NCBI GenBank assembly: GCA_905479815.1
Contig: CAJQOA010000019.1
Coordinates: 758 to 64,757, forward strand
DNA: 64,000 nt
Direction: 5' to 3'
Source of the DNA: an uncultured Psychroserpens sp.
GTDB taxonomy: Bacteria > Bacteroidota > Bacteroidia > Flavobacteriales > Flavobacteriaceae
Position 1 is the stretch's first letter. Each line of letters opens with the position of its first letter. Below the pieces are notes generated by a model that saw only the letters and a program-made list of their open reading frames with translations, did not search any database and was not told the origin of the DNA. Made by a program: the position numbers and the translations under genes. Shown here one piece after another: positions 21,290 to 32,400 of the stretch.

Positions 21290-22567
21290 ATGAAATTAAG
21301 ATCTAAGATTCTAAATTTAGGAATACTACTAGTCATTTCTATATCTGCTTTTGGGCAAAATAATGAGTTACAAAAGCATTACAGGCATATAAGCTATAAT
21401 CATGTCTCTCCATACATTGCTTTTATAGGAACACATCAAATTGATAAAGCAACTGCAGAAAACACATCGCATTATGTGTTTAAAGAGAATGAAAAAGGAC
21501 AACTCATAGAAATTTTAAATAACCATTATCATACTGAAAAAACTCATCCCTTAGCTTCAATTGGTGCTTATAGAACAGTAATCAATTATAAGGGTAATAA
21601 AGAAATTAGAATCTTTTTTGACCCAAATGGAAAGCGTGTTACTAATGATAGAGGCGTTTATAAAGAAGTTTATTATTATGATTCCAAGCAATTTAAAAAC
21701 AAACTTGAGTTTCTAGATTTAGAAGATCAACCTATGGAGTCTAATTGGAAAGTAGCTCAATATCAATGGTTAAAAAAGAAGAAACTAATCATCGAAAAAC
21801 GTTTTAATTTAAAAGGCGAATTCGTTAATGTTTCACCATATTTTGCATTTGGAATTACAGGAATTGAGCTTTACAAAAATGGAACACCAAAAGCGCATTA
21901 TAATTTAGATGAAAACTTAAAAGTGAAAAACAATAGTGTAGGGGTTGCTTCTTATCAAGATACGTTTGATGCTTATGGTAATCATGTAAAGTTTAGCTAC
22001 CATGATACAGCTAATGCTTTAGTGATGAATCAATGGAATTATGCTATTGGAGAAAAAGTATACGATGATATTGGAAATCAAATAGGTTTAAGACGTTACG
22101 ATGAAACGAATGCATTGTTAATGGATGTTCCAACACCATCAAATATAAAAACTACGTTGAGTGATGTCGCTACTGCTAAAGATTCTCTTGCAATTAAAAA
22201 TAGAGCTTTGGGTTATTTAATTGGGCTTCAAAAATTGAATCCAAAATTAATGGATGAAGTAATGAATGATAGTCTTAACAAAGTAACAATAGGCTACGAT
22301 AGACAAACTAGAAAAGAATATGCAAAACGAACGACACATGCACAAATGATTGCGTTTGCTAATTCATGGAACAAAGGCAACAATAAGTTTCCTTTTAAGC
22401 CTAACAATCAAGTTGTGATTTTAGATATTTATAATCGCATGGCTAACGTGAAATTGGTATCTGATAACTGGGTAGAATATCTTCATTTAATGAAACTAGA
22501 TGGCAATTGGCAAATTATAAATTTGATATGGCAACATAAAGATGTAGGACGCTATCCGAAAGATTAA
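21290..22567 (+). CDS. Secreted protein with beta-hairpin (YD-like) repeats and C-terminal NTF2/lumazine-binding-2 domain
   Basis: Signal peptide; C-terminal ILDIYNRMANVKL...WVEYLHLMKLDGNWQIINLIW. Confidence 0.75.
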   Translation: MKLRSKILNLGILLVISISAFGQNNELQKHYRHISYNHVSPYIAFIGTHQIDKATAENTSHYVFKENEKGQLIEILNNHYHTEKTHPLASIGAYRTVINYKGNKEIRIFFDPNGKRVTNDRGVYKEVYYYDSKQFKNKLEFLDLEDQPMESNWKVAQYQWLKKKKLIIEKRFNLKGEFVNVSPYFAFGITGIELYKNGTPKAHYNLDENLKVKNNSVGVASYQDTFDAYGNHVKFSYHDTANALVMNQWNYAIGEKVYDDIGNQIGLRRYDETNALLMDVPTPSNIKTTLSDVATAKDSLAIKNRALGYLIGLQKLNPKLMDEVMNDSLNKVTIGYDRQTRKEYAKRTTHAQMIAFANSWNKGNNKFPFKPNNQVVILDIYNRMANVKLVSDNWVEYLHLMKLDGNWQIINLIWQHKDVGRYPKD

Positions 22568-22614
22568 TTTTTATAATTCTATATTTAGAAACTATTATCT
22601 CAATATTAAATATT

Positions 22615-23187
22615 ATGACAACTAAAGTAAAACTATTCATTTTCATGTGTTTGATTTCTTTTGCATCTTTTGCTCAAGAATCCGAAACACCTTCTAAGCA
22701 GTTTTGGAACTCCCTAAAATCACATTGTGGTAAAGCCTATCAAGGTCAATTAGAATTGCCAAAAGAAGATAAAGATTTTGGAGGCAAGCAATTAGTGATG
22801 CATGTTCGTAAATGTTCTGAAAATGAAATCAAAATCCCGTTTTTTGTTGGAGATGATAAATCACGAACATGGATATTAACTTATGACAATGATCGTATTT
22901 CATTAAAGCATGACCATAGACATAAAGATGGTACAGAAGATGACGTCAATTTTTATGGAGGTATAACAACAAACTCAGGAAAAGCTGATATCCAGATTTT
23001 TTCCGCAGATCAACATACTCAAAAAATGATTCCTGGTGCAGCAACAAATGTTTGGTGGATTACAATAGATGAAACCACATTTACTTATAATCTAAGACGA
23101 CTTGGTACAGACCGTGTTTTTAAAGTTGTTATGGATTTAACTCAAACCATCGAAACTCCTGATGCGCCTTGGGGCTGGCAAGATTGA
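22615..23187 (+). CDS. Conserved secreted hypothetical protein
   Basis: Signal peptide; HCGKAY.G, SRTW, LKHDHRH.DG, P.APWG. Confidence 0.8.
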   Translation: MTTKVKLFIFMCLISFASFAQESETPSKQFWNSLKSHCGKAYQGQLELPKEDKDFGGKQLVMHVRKCSENEIKIPFFVGDDKSRTWILTYDNDRISLKHDHRHKDGTEDDVNFYGGITTNSGKADIQIFSADQHTQKMIPGAATNVWWITIDETTFTYNLRRLGTDRVFKVVMDLTQTIETPDAPWGWQD

Positions 23188-23207
23188 TATAATTATATTT
23201 TAAATTT

Positions 23208-23240
23208 AAAAACACCTCTTTGATTAAGAGGTGTTTTTTT
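23208..23240. terminator. Bidirectional terminator
   Basis: AAAAACACCTCTT-tgatt-AAGAGGTGTTTTT between convergent genes. Confidence 0.85.
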
Positions 23241-23833
23241 TAATTTTCACACAAATTGGCTTTGAGTTTGACCTCATTAAATCGTTGCCAAATCTCGTGA
23301 TTAAAACCTTGTGGTGATAATTTGAAAAGTATTGTAGATGATTCTGTTTGATCACAATAATACGCTTTAACTTGTGCGTTTAATGTCATCATAGCTTCTG
23401 TAGTGAAAGAATCATAGACGTATAGTTTCCCAATAAAATCGGTCTCTTTATTACCATCAGTTTTGATAAATAATACCGTTGTTTCAGGAACCTTAAAATC
23501 CTTCTTTTTATTAACAGCTCCCATTAAACCATCATAATAAGATTTAATATCATTCTCTAAAGTTTCTACGGTTTGCTTTTTTTTGCTTTTAATATGCCAA
23601 GCAAACATATAACACCAAAAGTCTTCATGTACTGCGCTTCTCCATTTTTTAGCAAACCTAAGATCTTCGTATCCTTCGGTATAGTTAATTTCTGGAGCAA
23701 AATTAATTGGAAACTTAATAATCTCTTTTAACCATGTCGTATCAGATTCTAAAACACCTAATGCTTTCTCTTCTTGACCCAAAGCGATTATCGTACATAA
23801 AAGAAATGCTATTGTAAATATTATATTTTTCAT
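23240..23833 (-). CDS. Secreted hypothetical protein
   Basis: Signal peptide; W..E...FP..FAP...Y.G.EDLRF. Confidence 0.75.
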   Translation of the reverse strand: MKNIIFTIAFLLCTIIALGQEEKALGVLESDTTWLKEIIKFPINFAPEINYTEGYEDLRFAKKWRSAVHEDFWCYMFAWHIKSKKKQTVETLENDIKSYYDGLMGAVNKKKDFKVPETTVLFIKTDGNKETDFIGKLYVYDSFTTEAMMTLNAQVKAYYCDQTESSTILFKLSPQGFNHEIWQRFNEVKLKANLCEN

Positions 23834-23842
23834 AGTTTAAAT

Positions 23843-24406
23843 TTATAAACTTAATTTAATATCAAAACCAATACCGTCAGAAATTGCACCATCTTTCATT
23901 TTACTATTGTAGTTAACTCCCCAAAGCATTCTATCAATTTTAAATTTAGTTGTCATTATTTTTTCTTCATAGTCAACTTCAGCTTGAAATGAGATTGGAT
24001 TAGTAATACCTTTAATAGTTAAATCTGCATAGATTTTCATTGTAGTGTTATCGTGATATTTAACATGTGTGATTATTAATTTTGCAGTTCCAAAATTCGT
24101 AACATCAAAAAAATCTGGATCCTTAAGATGATCAACGAGACCTTTGTTGCCTTTTTCATTTTCGATATCCAAACACATAATTGAATTCATGTCAATTATA
24201 AATTCACCACCAGAAATAACGTCATTGCTCTTAATAAAGTGACCCTCTTTAAAATCGATAGTACCATGATGTCCTCCAAAATAAAAAGTATAGTCACCAG
24301 ACCATTTCATTTCGCTCTTAGAGACATCTAGAACTAGTTTTTCTTGCGAATTTGCGAACCCAATCATGCCTAATGTGATCAATAATAGTAAAATACGTGT
24401 TTTCAT
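23843..24406 (-). CDS. YceI family lipid/polyisoprenoid-binding protein
   Basis: Signal peptide; HHGTI, IDMNSI, HLK.PDFFDV, LTIKG. Confidence 0.9.
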   Translation of the reverse strand: MKTRILLLLITLGMIGFANSQEKLVLDVSKSEMKWSGDYTFYFGGHHGTIDFKEGHFIKSNDVISGGEFIIDMNSIMCLDIENEKGNKGLVDHLKDPDFFDVTNFGTAKLIITHVKYHDNTTMKIYADLTIKGITNPISFQAEVDYEEKIMTTKFKIDRMLWGVNYNSKMKDGAISDGIGFDIKLSL

Positions 24407-24463
24407 AAGTTTTGTTTTTGATTAATTTTATGAGGTAAAACTAGATTTTGGTCAGGTGAAAAA

Positions 24464-24501
24464 TGTCAAAAAAATGTAAAAGAAGTGTCAACAGTTGTAA
24501 A
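24464..24501. promoter_or_regulatory. Four phased TGT(C/A)AA direct repeats (OmpR/PhoB-type operator)
   Basis: Copies at 24464, 24475, 24486, 24496 between yceI and the wHTH regulator. Confidence 0.55.
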
Positions 24502-24535
24502 AAGTCATGAATTATCATGTTATTTACAGTTCAAT

Positions 24536-25408
24536 ATGAAACATCAATATTTTTATACTAAAATTGCCCTATTTGCATTGTCTTTTTTATTCGTGATGAC
24601 ATCATGTACAAAAGAGGATAGCAAAGATATTAGTGGCATCACAAAAGTTGCACTACGTGAAGCAGGTAATCAATTATTACTTCAGAATTTAGATTCAACC
24701 TCACTAATCCTACCAGTTAAAGAAATAGCACCTTATATCTACAGCTTATCTTTTGAAAAGCCATTAAGTTTTGAGCCTAGTAATGTCGTTACAGTAATTG
24801 ATAGTAGTTTAAGTTTGGTGAACTTATCAAAAAACTACCGTGTAGAAGTTTTGCAATGTATAGATGGAGAAGTCGCTTATAGTTATCAAATGAATACTAA
24901 GGAGGAAAGTACCATTATACCTTGTGCTGGACGTTTTCTTCCTGAAGCGTGCTATACTATTAAAGTTGAGTTTTTAGATATTATACCTTCGAGTAGTTTC
25001 AAAAAGCAAGGAATCTTATGGGGTTTAATTTTTGGCTGTTTCGTTTACCTTGCTTTTTTATTCAGACGGAAATTGAAATCACAACCTATTTCCGAAGAAA
25101 AAAGTATATTATCTTATTCTGAAATTGGAAGCTTTCAGTTTTATCCTGAACAAAATAAACTCGTTAAATCGGCAACAGAAATTAGCCTATCAAAAAAGGA
25201 ATGTGAACTCTTAGAAATATTTGTTGCAAGTCCTAATCAAATTATAAAACGCGATGAACTCACTAAGAAAGTGTGGGAGGATAACGGTGTTTTTGTTGGT
25301 CGAAGCTTAGATACTTATATCTCTAAATTACGAAAAATATTAAAGGATGATGATTCTATTAGAATCACCAATGTGCATGGAGTAGGTTATAAGTTAGAAA
25401 TGGATTAA
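24536..25408 (+). CDS. Membrane-anchored transcriptional regulator with C-terminal OmpR-type winged helix
   Basis: N-terminal signal/lipobox (VMTSC), extracytoplasmic domain, TM (GILWGLIFGCFVYLAFLF), Trans_reg_C (RSLDTYISKLRK...HGVGYKL). Confidence 0.85.
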   Translation: MKHQYFYTKIALFALSFLFVMTSCTKEDSKDISGITKVALREAGNQLLLQNLDSTSLILPVKEIAPYIYSLSFEKPLSFEPSNVVTVIDSSLSLVNLSKNYRVEVLQCIDGEVAYSYQMNTKEESTIIPCAGRFLPEACYTIKVEFLDIIPSSSFKKQGILWGLIFGCFVYLAFLFRRKLKSQPISEEKSILSYSEIGSFQFYPEQNKLVKSATEISLSKKECELLEIFVASPNQIIKRDELTKKVWEDNGVFVGRSLDTYISKLRKILKDDDSIRITNVHGVGYKLEMD

Positions 25409-25417
25409 ACGCTATTT

Positions 25418-26413
25418 CTAGTAATTAGTACCATTGTTTTTATACTTTCTATAACTCGTTCCTTTAGTACACGGACAATCACTAATACCTTGTAAGAAAT
25501 CTATCCCAATAGTAATACTGTGCGTTCCAGAGTTATATCCTGAAAGATCATTTACGGTCATTTGATACGAATAGGCAAAATAATAGTTGTCTTTCATAAT
25601 CCCTGCCATAGGACCTAAGTTAAGTGGTTTTAAGTATTGGTCATTCAAAAAACGATACGAAGCACCTACCCAATAGTAATCACCATTTCTATTAAACTTT
25701 CTGTACTTAAAATTAAGATCTGTAGCAGATCGTTGATCACTAGCAAAATATTGGAAAAATATTGATGGTTCTAACTCTACGTCTTTATTATTTTTACTGT
25801 TGAACACATAACCTGAGTACGCTTGAAAATTTAATAAGTTTCTAGGTTCTACACCTACAAAATCGTCAACCTTCTTATCTAGAATGTTATTAGCATTTAA
25901 ACTGAAGTAATACCTATCCTTACGATAAAGAAGACCTACATCAAAATTGTTATTTGAAATTGCTCTATCATCACCAACATTTACAACGGGAATTTCTACA
26001 GTAGGCTCAAAGTTTTCTATGTCTATTCTAAAACTATTAATGTTATATGACAATCCAAATGATAAGTATTGTTTAGAGGTGTAATCTAGAATAATATGAT
26101 GAGCAAACGATACTTTCGCACCTTTTTGACGTGTATTTCCATTTCTATCATTATACATGGTTAACCCAATTCCTGATTGCTTTGCTATTCTAAAATCTGC
26201 ATAAAGCGCTTGATTGTCTGGTGCATTTTTTATGCCAACCCATTGCGTTAAACCATTAAGTCTCACTTTAAGATTATCACCAATTCCTGCATAAGTTGGA
26301 GAAATAACAAAATCATTATCTGCTAAATACTGTGTCCAAACTGGTAAGTTTAATTCTTGTGCATAACCAAACGTGCAAGACGCTAAAACGAGATATATTA
26401 TAATTTTTTTCAT
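25418..26413 (-). CDS. sprF: PorP/SprF family T9SS outer-membrane protein SprF
   Basis: QY...ISPTYAG, QWVGI..AP, GTHSITIG; directly downstream of a type-B CTD adhesin. Confidence 0.85.
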   Translation of the reverse strand: MKKIIIYLVLASCTFGYAQELNLPVWTQYLADNDFVISPTYAGIGDNLKVRLNGLTQWVGIKNAPDNQALYADFRIAKQSGIGLTMYNDRNGNTRQKGAKVSFAHHIILDYTSKQYLSFGLSYNINSFRIDIENFEPTVEIPVVNVGDDRAISNNNFDVGLLYRKDRYYFSLNANNILDKKVDDFVGVEPRNLLNFQAYSGYVFNSKNNKDVELEPSIFFQYFASDQRSATDLNFKYRKFNRNGDYYWVGASYRFLNDQYLKPLNLGPMAGIMKDNYYFAYSYQMTVNDLSGYNSGTHSITIGIDFLQGISDCPCTKGTSYRKYKNNGTNY

Positions 26414-26445
26414 TTGAATCGTTGTTTAATTTGAGGGTTTTTTAA

Positions 26446-29400
26446 TTATCTGTATAGTGTAAAATGTCCGACATAATCTTTTTCTATTAATGGGCTGTTC
26501 AGTTTTACTACATACCAATAATCACCAGTAGGGAGTTCTGTACCATTATATCTACCATCCCAAAATTGTCCTACGTTATAGGTTCCAACTTTACGTCCAT
26601 ATCTATCAAATACATCGAATGTTAGGTTAGGATAATCTTCAACACAACCTGGTGCCCAAGTATCATTGTTACCATCGCCATCTGGTGTAAACCAATTTGG
26701 AATACATGGCCCTAAGATTTCAATCTCAATTGTTGCTGTTGCTTGACAACCACTACTATCTGTAACAATTACAGTGTATGTTCCTTCTTCTGTGATTATA
26801 TACACATTGGTATCTCCATAATCTTCACCATTAAGAGAATATTCATAATCACCAGTTCCTCCTGTTGTAATTGCTATAACTTCTCCAGGTTCATCACCTT
26901 CTTGCAAGATGAGCGATAAAGGTTCAAATTCATCTATACTAAATAGTTCGGTTGTTTTAATACAACCATTTGTATGTCTTACATCTATAAAATGATCTGT
27001 TCCAGGAACCACATTTGTAAATACATTACTCGTTTGATAATCTCCACCATTAAGTGCATAATCTAATTCTGAAAGATCTACAGATTCAGCATCTACAATC
27101 ACTGTAACTGTATTAACTGAAGCATTATTTACACAAGCATATTCAATCTCTACTATTGGATCAAAGCTCACTGAAGGTGGAAATGTAATATTCCATTCAG
27201 TCTCACAACCTTGAGAGTCACGAACAAAAACAATATGATCGCCACCACCTAAATCTGTAAAATCAAATTCAGTTTGTGTTGCAGATCCTGTCGTATAAGG
27301 ACCATCATAATCATCTAAGCTCACACTATATGGAAGTGTTCCACCAGAAATATCAATACTAAACTCAGCATTTCCTTCGCCTTCGCAAGTCTCTTCAAAT
27401 AGTGAATCAGGTACGATGCTTAGAATAACTTGTGTTGGATTATTGATTGTGAATTCAAATATTTCATAACATCCTAATTCATCCTGTACAATAACTGTAT
27501 ACGTATCTGGAGCAAGGTTTTCAAAAATATTAGTTTCAAAAAATTGATCTAGTTGAGGCGAAATAGCATATTTAATAATTCCTGTTCCTCCTGTTGCATT
27601 GATAGTAAGAACACCATCATTATTTCCACTACAAGTTACATCGTTAACTGTGAAATCAATAGTTAAAGGTGCAGTAGGTTCTGTAATAGTAATAGGAGCA
27701 GAGGCAGTATCACAATCACCACTTTCTATAGTAACAATATAAGTTCCTGCAACGAGTTCTGTGAAAACACCAGGCGTGTTTTGAGTTGCAGTAATTACAT
27801 TTCCTAAGTTATCTTCTAATGTATATATGTAGTTTCCTAATCCACCTTGAGCATCAGCTACAATCGTCCCGGTATTATCACCTGAACAACTAATTGTAGG
27901 GTTCATAGACATTAAATTAATAGTCAATGGCAATAGTGGATCTATTGTGATCTCGTTAGATACATTAGCTATACAACCATTAGCATCTCTTACATAATAT
28001 TGATAGGTCCCAACTGGTACAGAAAATGTTGTTGATGTTGTAAACGATCCTAACACTGTCGCAAAAGAGCTATCGTTACTATATTGATACGTTCCAGTTC
28101 CTCCAGAAGCCGTTAAAGTTATTGTAGATTCAACATCACATGTTTGAGTTGTTGTAACAACTAAACTTGCTATAATTGGAGTAGGCTCAGTAATAATAAT
28201 ATTACTAGAAGTTAAGAAACATTCATTAGTATCATTAACTATAACTGTATATGTACCAGCTCCTAAATCTGTAAAAATATTTGAGGTTTGAGGACCAGAA
28301 GTTGATGTCGTTGGTGATATCGTATTTAATGTGTAAACATAATCTACACCTTGTCCACCAGTTACGTTTGTAACAGTAATTGATGCATTTTGATCTCCAA
28401 AACAAGATAGTATACTAGTACTTGGTGTAAAAGTCGCATCAATTGGCGTTGGAGCAATAAGTGTAACATCTACAGAAACTACACAACCTTCAGCATCCAT
28501 AACATTTACAGTGTATGATCCAGCAGATAAATCTGTGAATGTACCATTAGACGAAAATGCTACTGTTGCAGCTCCTGTTAATTCATATTGATAATCTCCC
28601 CAACCACCATCTGCAATAGCAGTAATTGTACCTTGACTATCATCACAAGATACATTAGATGTTTCTGAAGCATCAAGTGTTAAAGCTTCTGAAGGAGATG
28701 AAATCACAACGTTAGCAGTGGCGTTACAAAACGGGCTTTCAGTTTCTGTAATGACTACTGTAAAACTTCCAGCTGTCATTCCTGATACTGTTATTGGGTT
28801 TGTAGATGTATTAGCATTGACAACTCCAAATACAGATGTTCCGCCAGTATCAAATACTTCATAATCATAAGCACCAGAATATCCATTCACATTTATTTCA
28901 AATGCACCTGTATTATCTCCAAAACACGTCACTGATGTTGAATCAGTAGTAAATGTTGGAGATACTGCTTCTTGTAAAGACACTGTAACATCTTCTGTAC
29001 ATAATGTATTTGTATCTGTAATTGTCACTGTATAAATTCCAGAAGGCACTCCTGTAAACACGCCTCCAGTTTCTGAAATAGAAGCTGGATTAGGACTAAT
29101 AGCATACGTGAATGTTCCAGAACCACCAGATCCAGTTACTGTTATTTCTCCATCATCATCGTTACATGTTGCAGCCGCTGTAATTGTAGGTGTTATTTCT
29201 AAAGGTGCTAAAATATCTACGGTTACTAAGTTTCCACAACCATTCGCATCTTTAATTTCAATAGTATGCGTTCCTGAAAACAAGTTAGAAATTGTAAAAG
29301 GTATTGATTGCGTTTGAAATGTGCCACCATCAATACTGAAACTATAAGGTGCAATTCCTACTGCATCTAAAGTAACATTAATTTCAAATTCGCCTTCATT

Positions 29401-32400
29401 TGCTGTACATACATCATTTATTACTGCAGAAATATTAGGTTGAGCATCCATTGGTAAAACAACCACGGGACTTGTAACTATGCAACCATAAGCATCTATA
29501 ACGTGAACATAATAATCTCCAGCATCTCTATTAAATGTACTTGCAGATGCCCAATTTGGATCTGTATCCAATGGAGATGTTGCAGTCGTTGTCATTTGAT
29601 ATTGATATGGTGATGTACCATTTTGAGCGATAGCACTAATTACTCCAGAGTTTGCATTACAATTTGCATTTTGATCAACTGACGTTTGTAATTCTAAAAG
29701 AAAAGCAGATTCAGTAATATTAAAAGGAGCAGTAACCACACCACATCCAGAATTTGGACCAGATGTTTCATTAATAGATACAAAGTAATTCCCAAATGGT
29801 AAAGGCCCTAAACCTGTTACAGTTAAGTTTCCATTTGCAGGTACTGTACCAGAGCCCGTAATTCCTGTCGGTTGGTTAGATAAAGCATCAAATATTTCAT
29901 AATCGACATTAACGTTAGAACCGTAAATACTATTAATAGTAAATGATACGTTACCATCATCACTTCCTGTACATGTTATATTGTTAGAGCTAACAGCACT
30001 TAAAGATAATGTTGAATTTGTTGGTATTGGAGCTGTTGCAGGTTCATAGTAACTACAAAGCGTTGACGCGTCATAAATAATAAAGGTATATGTTACACCC
30101 GCTGTTAAACCTGTAAAGGTTGCAGATTGACTTCCAGGCATATCTTCAGGAATCCAATTTCCAACAGGATAGACTGTTGTTGGTCCTTCATAGATTGCAA
30201 AGAAGAATGGTCCAGCACTAGGCAATGTAGAACCGACACTTACAACTGCTTCACCACCAAGTAGACAATCAATAGTAGCTATTATATTAATATCTAAATC
30301 AGTAGGAGGTGAGGCTACTAAAACATCCTGTGTTAATACAGAACATCCATTAGCATCAACTACATTAATTTCATATAAACCAAAATCAACGACATCAAAA
30401 CTAGTAGAAGTTGTTCCTGTGTTATTTAATTCAGAATTTGAGTAACCGTTTGTTCCAGTTACAAAATAATTATAAGGTGCTGTTCCACCAGTTACTGAGT
30501 TTATAATTACAGATCCTTGTGAGATTCCACCAGTTGTACATGTAATATCAACCGTATCAATGTCTATTACAATAGGATCTGGTTGGTTGATCGTTACAAT
30601 TTCCGAAGCAGTACAAAGATTTGCATCTGTAATCGTAACAGTATATGTTCCAGCAGGTAATCCTGAGGTTTGTGTTCCGTAATCTGTAGTTGTAGTATCG
30701 TTGTTAACATTGATAACAAAAGGAGGTGTTCCCACTGTAGTATCAATTGTAATATCTATAGCTCCATTGTCATCACCATTACATAATATTGGCTGTGATT
30801 CCACCACTAGACTTAATGCTGGAGGTGTTATTGGATTTACAGTAATGATACTTGATTCTGCAATACAACCATTAGCATCAGTAATTTGGAACTGGTATGT
30901 TCCTGCTGTTGCTGTTGCATAAGTAAATGGTGTACCTGTAGTACCTAAGTTTGTATATCCACCTGCATTTATAGAAACTGCATAAGTAAAAGGTGCTGTT
31001 CCTGTTATATCACCAGTAACAGTCGCATCTGGTGTTGCAGTACAATCTAACCCAGAGGTTAAAACCACATTTACTGTTGGTGTTGGGATTGGGTCAATTG
31101 TGATTGATTCGTTATAAATACAATCATTCTCATCTCTAACTTGAAACGTATACGTGCCAGGTTCTAAACCTGCAAAACTAGTTGAAGTTTGATATGGCGT
31201 TGCACTTGCTGTTGGTGCGATAATTTGATATTCTAAGATACCTGTACCACCAACTGTATTTGTGATCGTTACTGTTGCTGTATTAGATGGACATGTAACT
31301 TGAGTGTTATTAAATTCTAAATCGGTTGGAGGATTTAATGCTTCAATAGTTATCGCATTTGTGATAACTGTACAATCATTAGCGTCTTGTATTGTGATTG
31401 TGTAAGTACCAGCAGTTAATCCTGTAAATTCATTACTTGTTTGAAAGTTTACACCATCAATGCTATAAGAATAAGGCACGTCTCCACCAGTAACAGACGT
31501 GACTGTTATTGTTCCGTTTGAAGTACATGTGAAAGGTGCGGATAATTCTGCTGTTCCAGAAATTGCATTGGCTTCTATTATAGATACTGTTTGTGCTACT
31601 GTGTCACAATCTGATGCTCCAATAGAATACGATACAACAACATCATAATCATCAGCAATAAGCCCTGTAAATACAGGAGAATTTGAGAATGTTACTCCGC
31701 CATCAATACTAAATTCTAGTGTGTTACCATTAGTTGCCGTAACGTTTATTGTAATTGTACCTGTATCACCAGATCCACCACAAGCAATATCAGTAGTATC
31801 AATTGTGAATTCTGGTTGGTCGATAGCTTCCACAGTTATTGTTGTTTCTGCACTACAGTTATTAGAATCTACAACAAGAATATCATAAACTCCAGCAGTT
31901 GTTACTACGATTTCTGGAACAGTTTGAAAATCTGCTGATCCATTTACAAAATAGAAGTAAGGTGGTGTTCCTCCAACTGGATATGCTGTGATTTCACCTT
32001 CATCACATGTTAATGGGATTGTAATTGCAGCTGTAACTGTTAATAATGGTGGTTCAACTATTGTAAAGTCTTCAGAATAAAAACAGCCATTTTCAGTTTC
32101 TACTGTTGCTGTATATGTTCCTGGATTTAGATTTTCGAATATATATGTATTCTCAAGAATTGGTCCAACACTGTTTACTAAAGTGCCACCTTCACTTAAG
32201 GTATAAGAGTATTGTGGATCTACATCATTAGCAGCAAGTTGAATGCTTCCTTTGTCACCGTGACATAACGGTTGTAATATCGTTGTTGAGACCGTGAAAT
32301 CTCGATCTCTAATTTGTATCTCTTGTACGCTAAATACACAAGGGTTTGTAGGCACACCAATTTGTCTTACATAAACTGTATATGTTCCAGCTGTAGCAAT

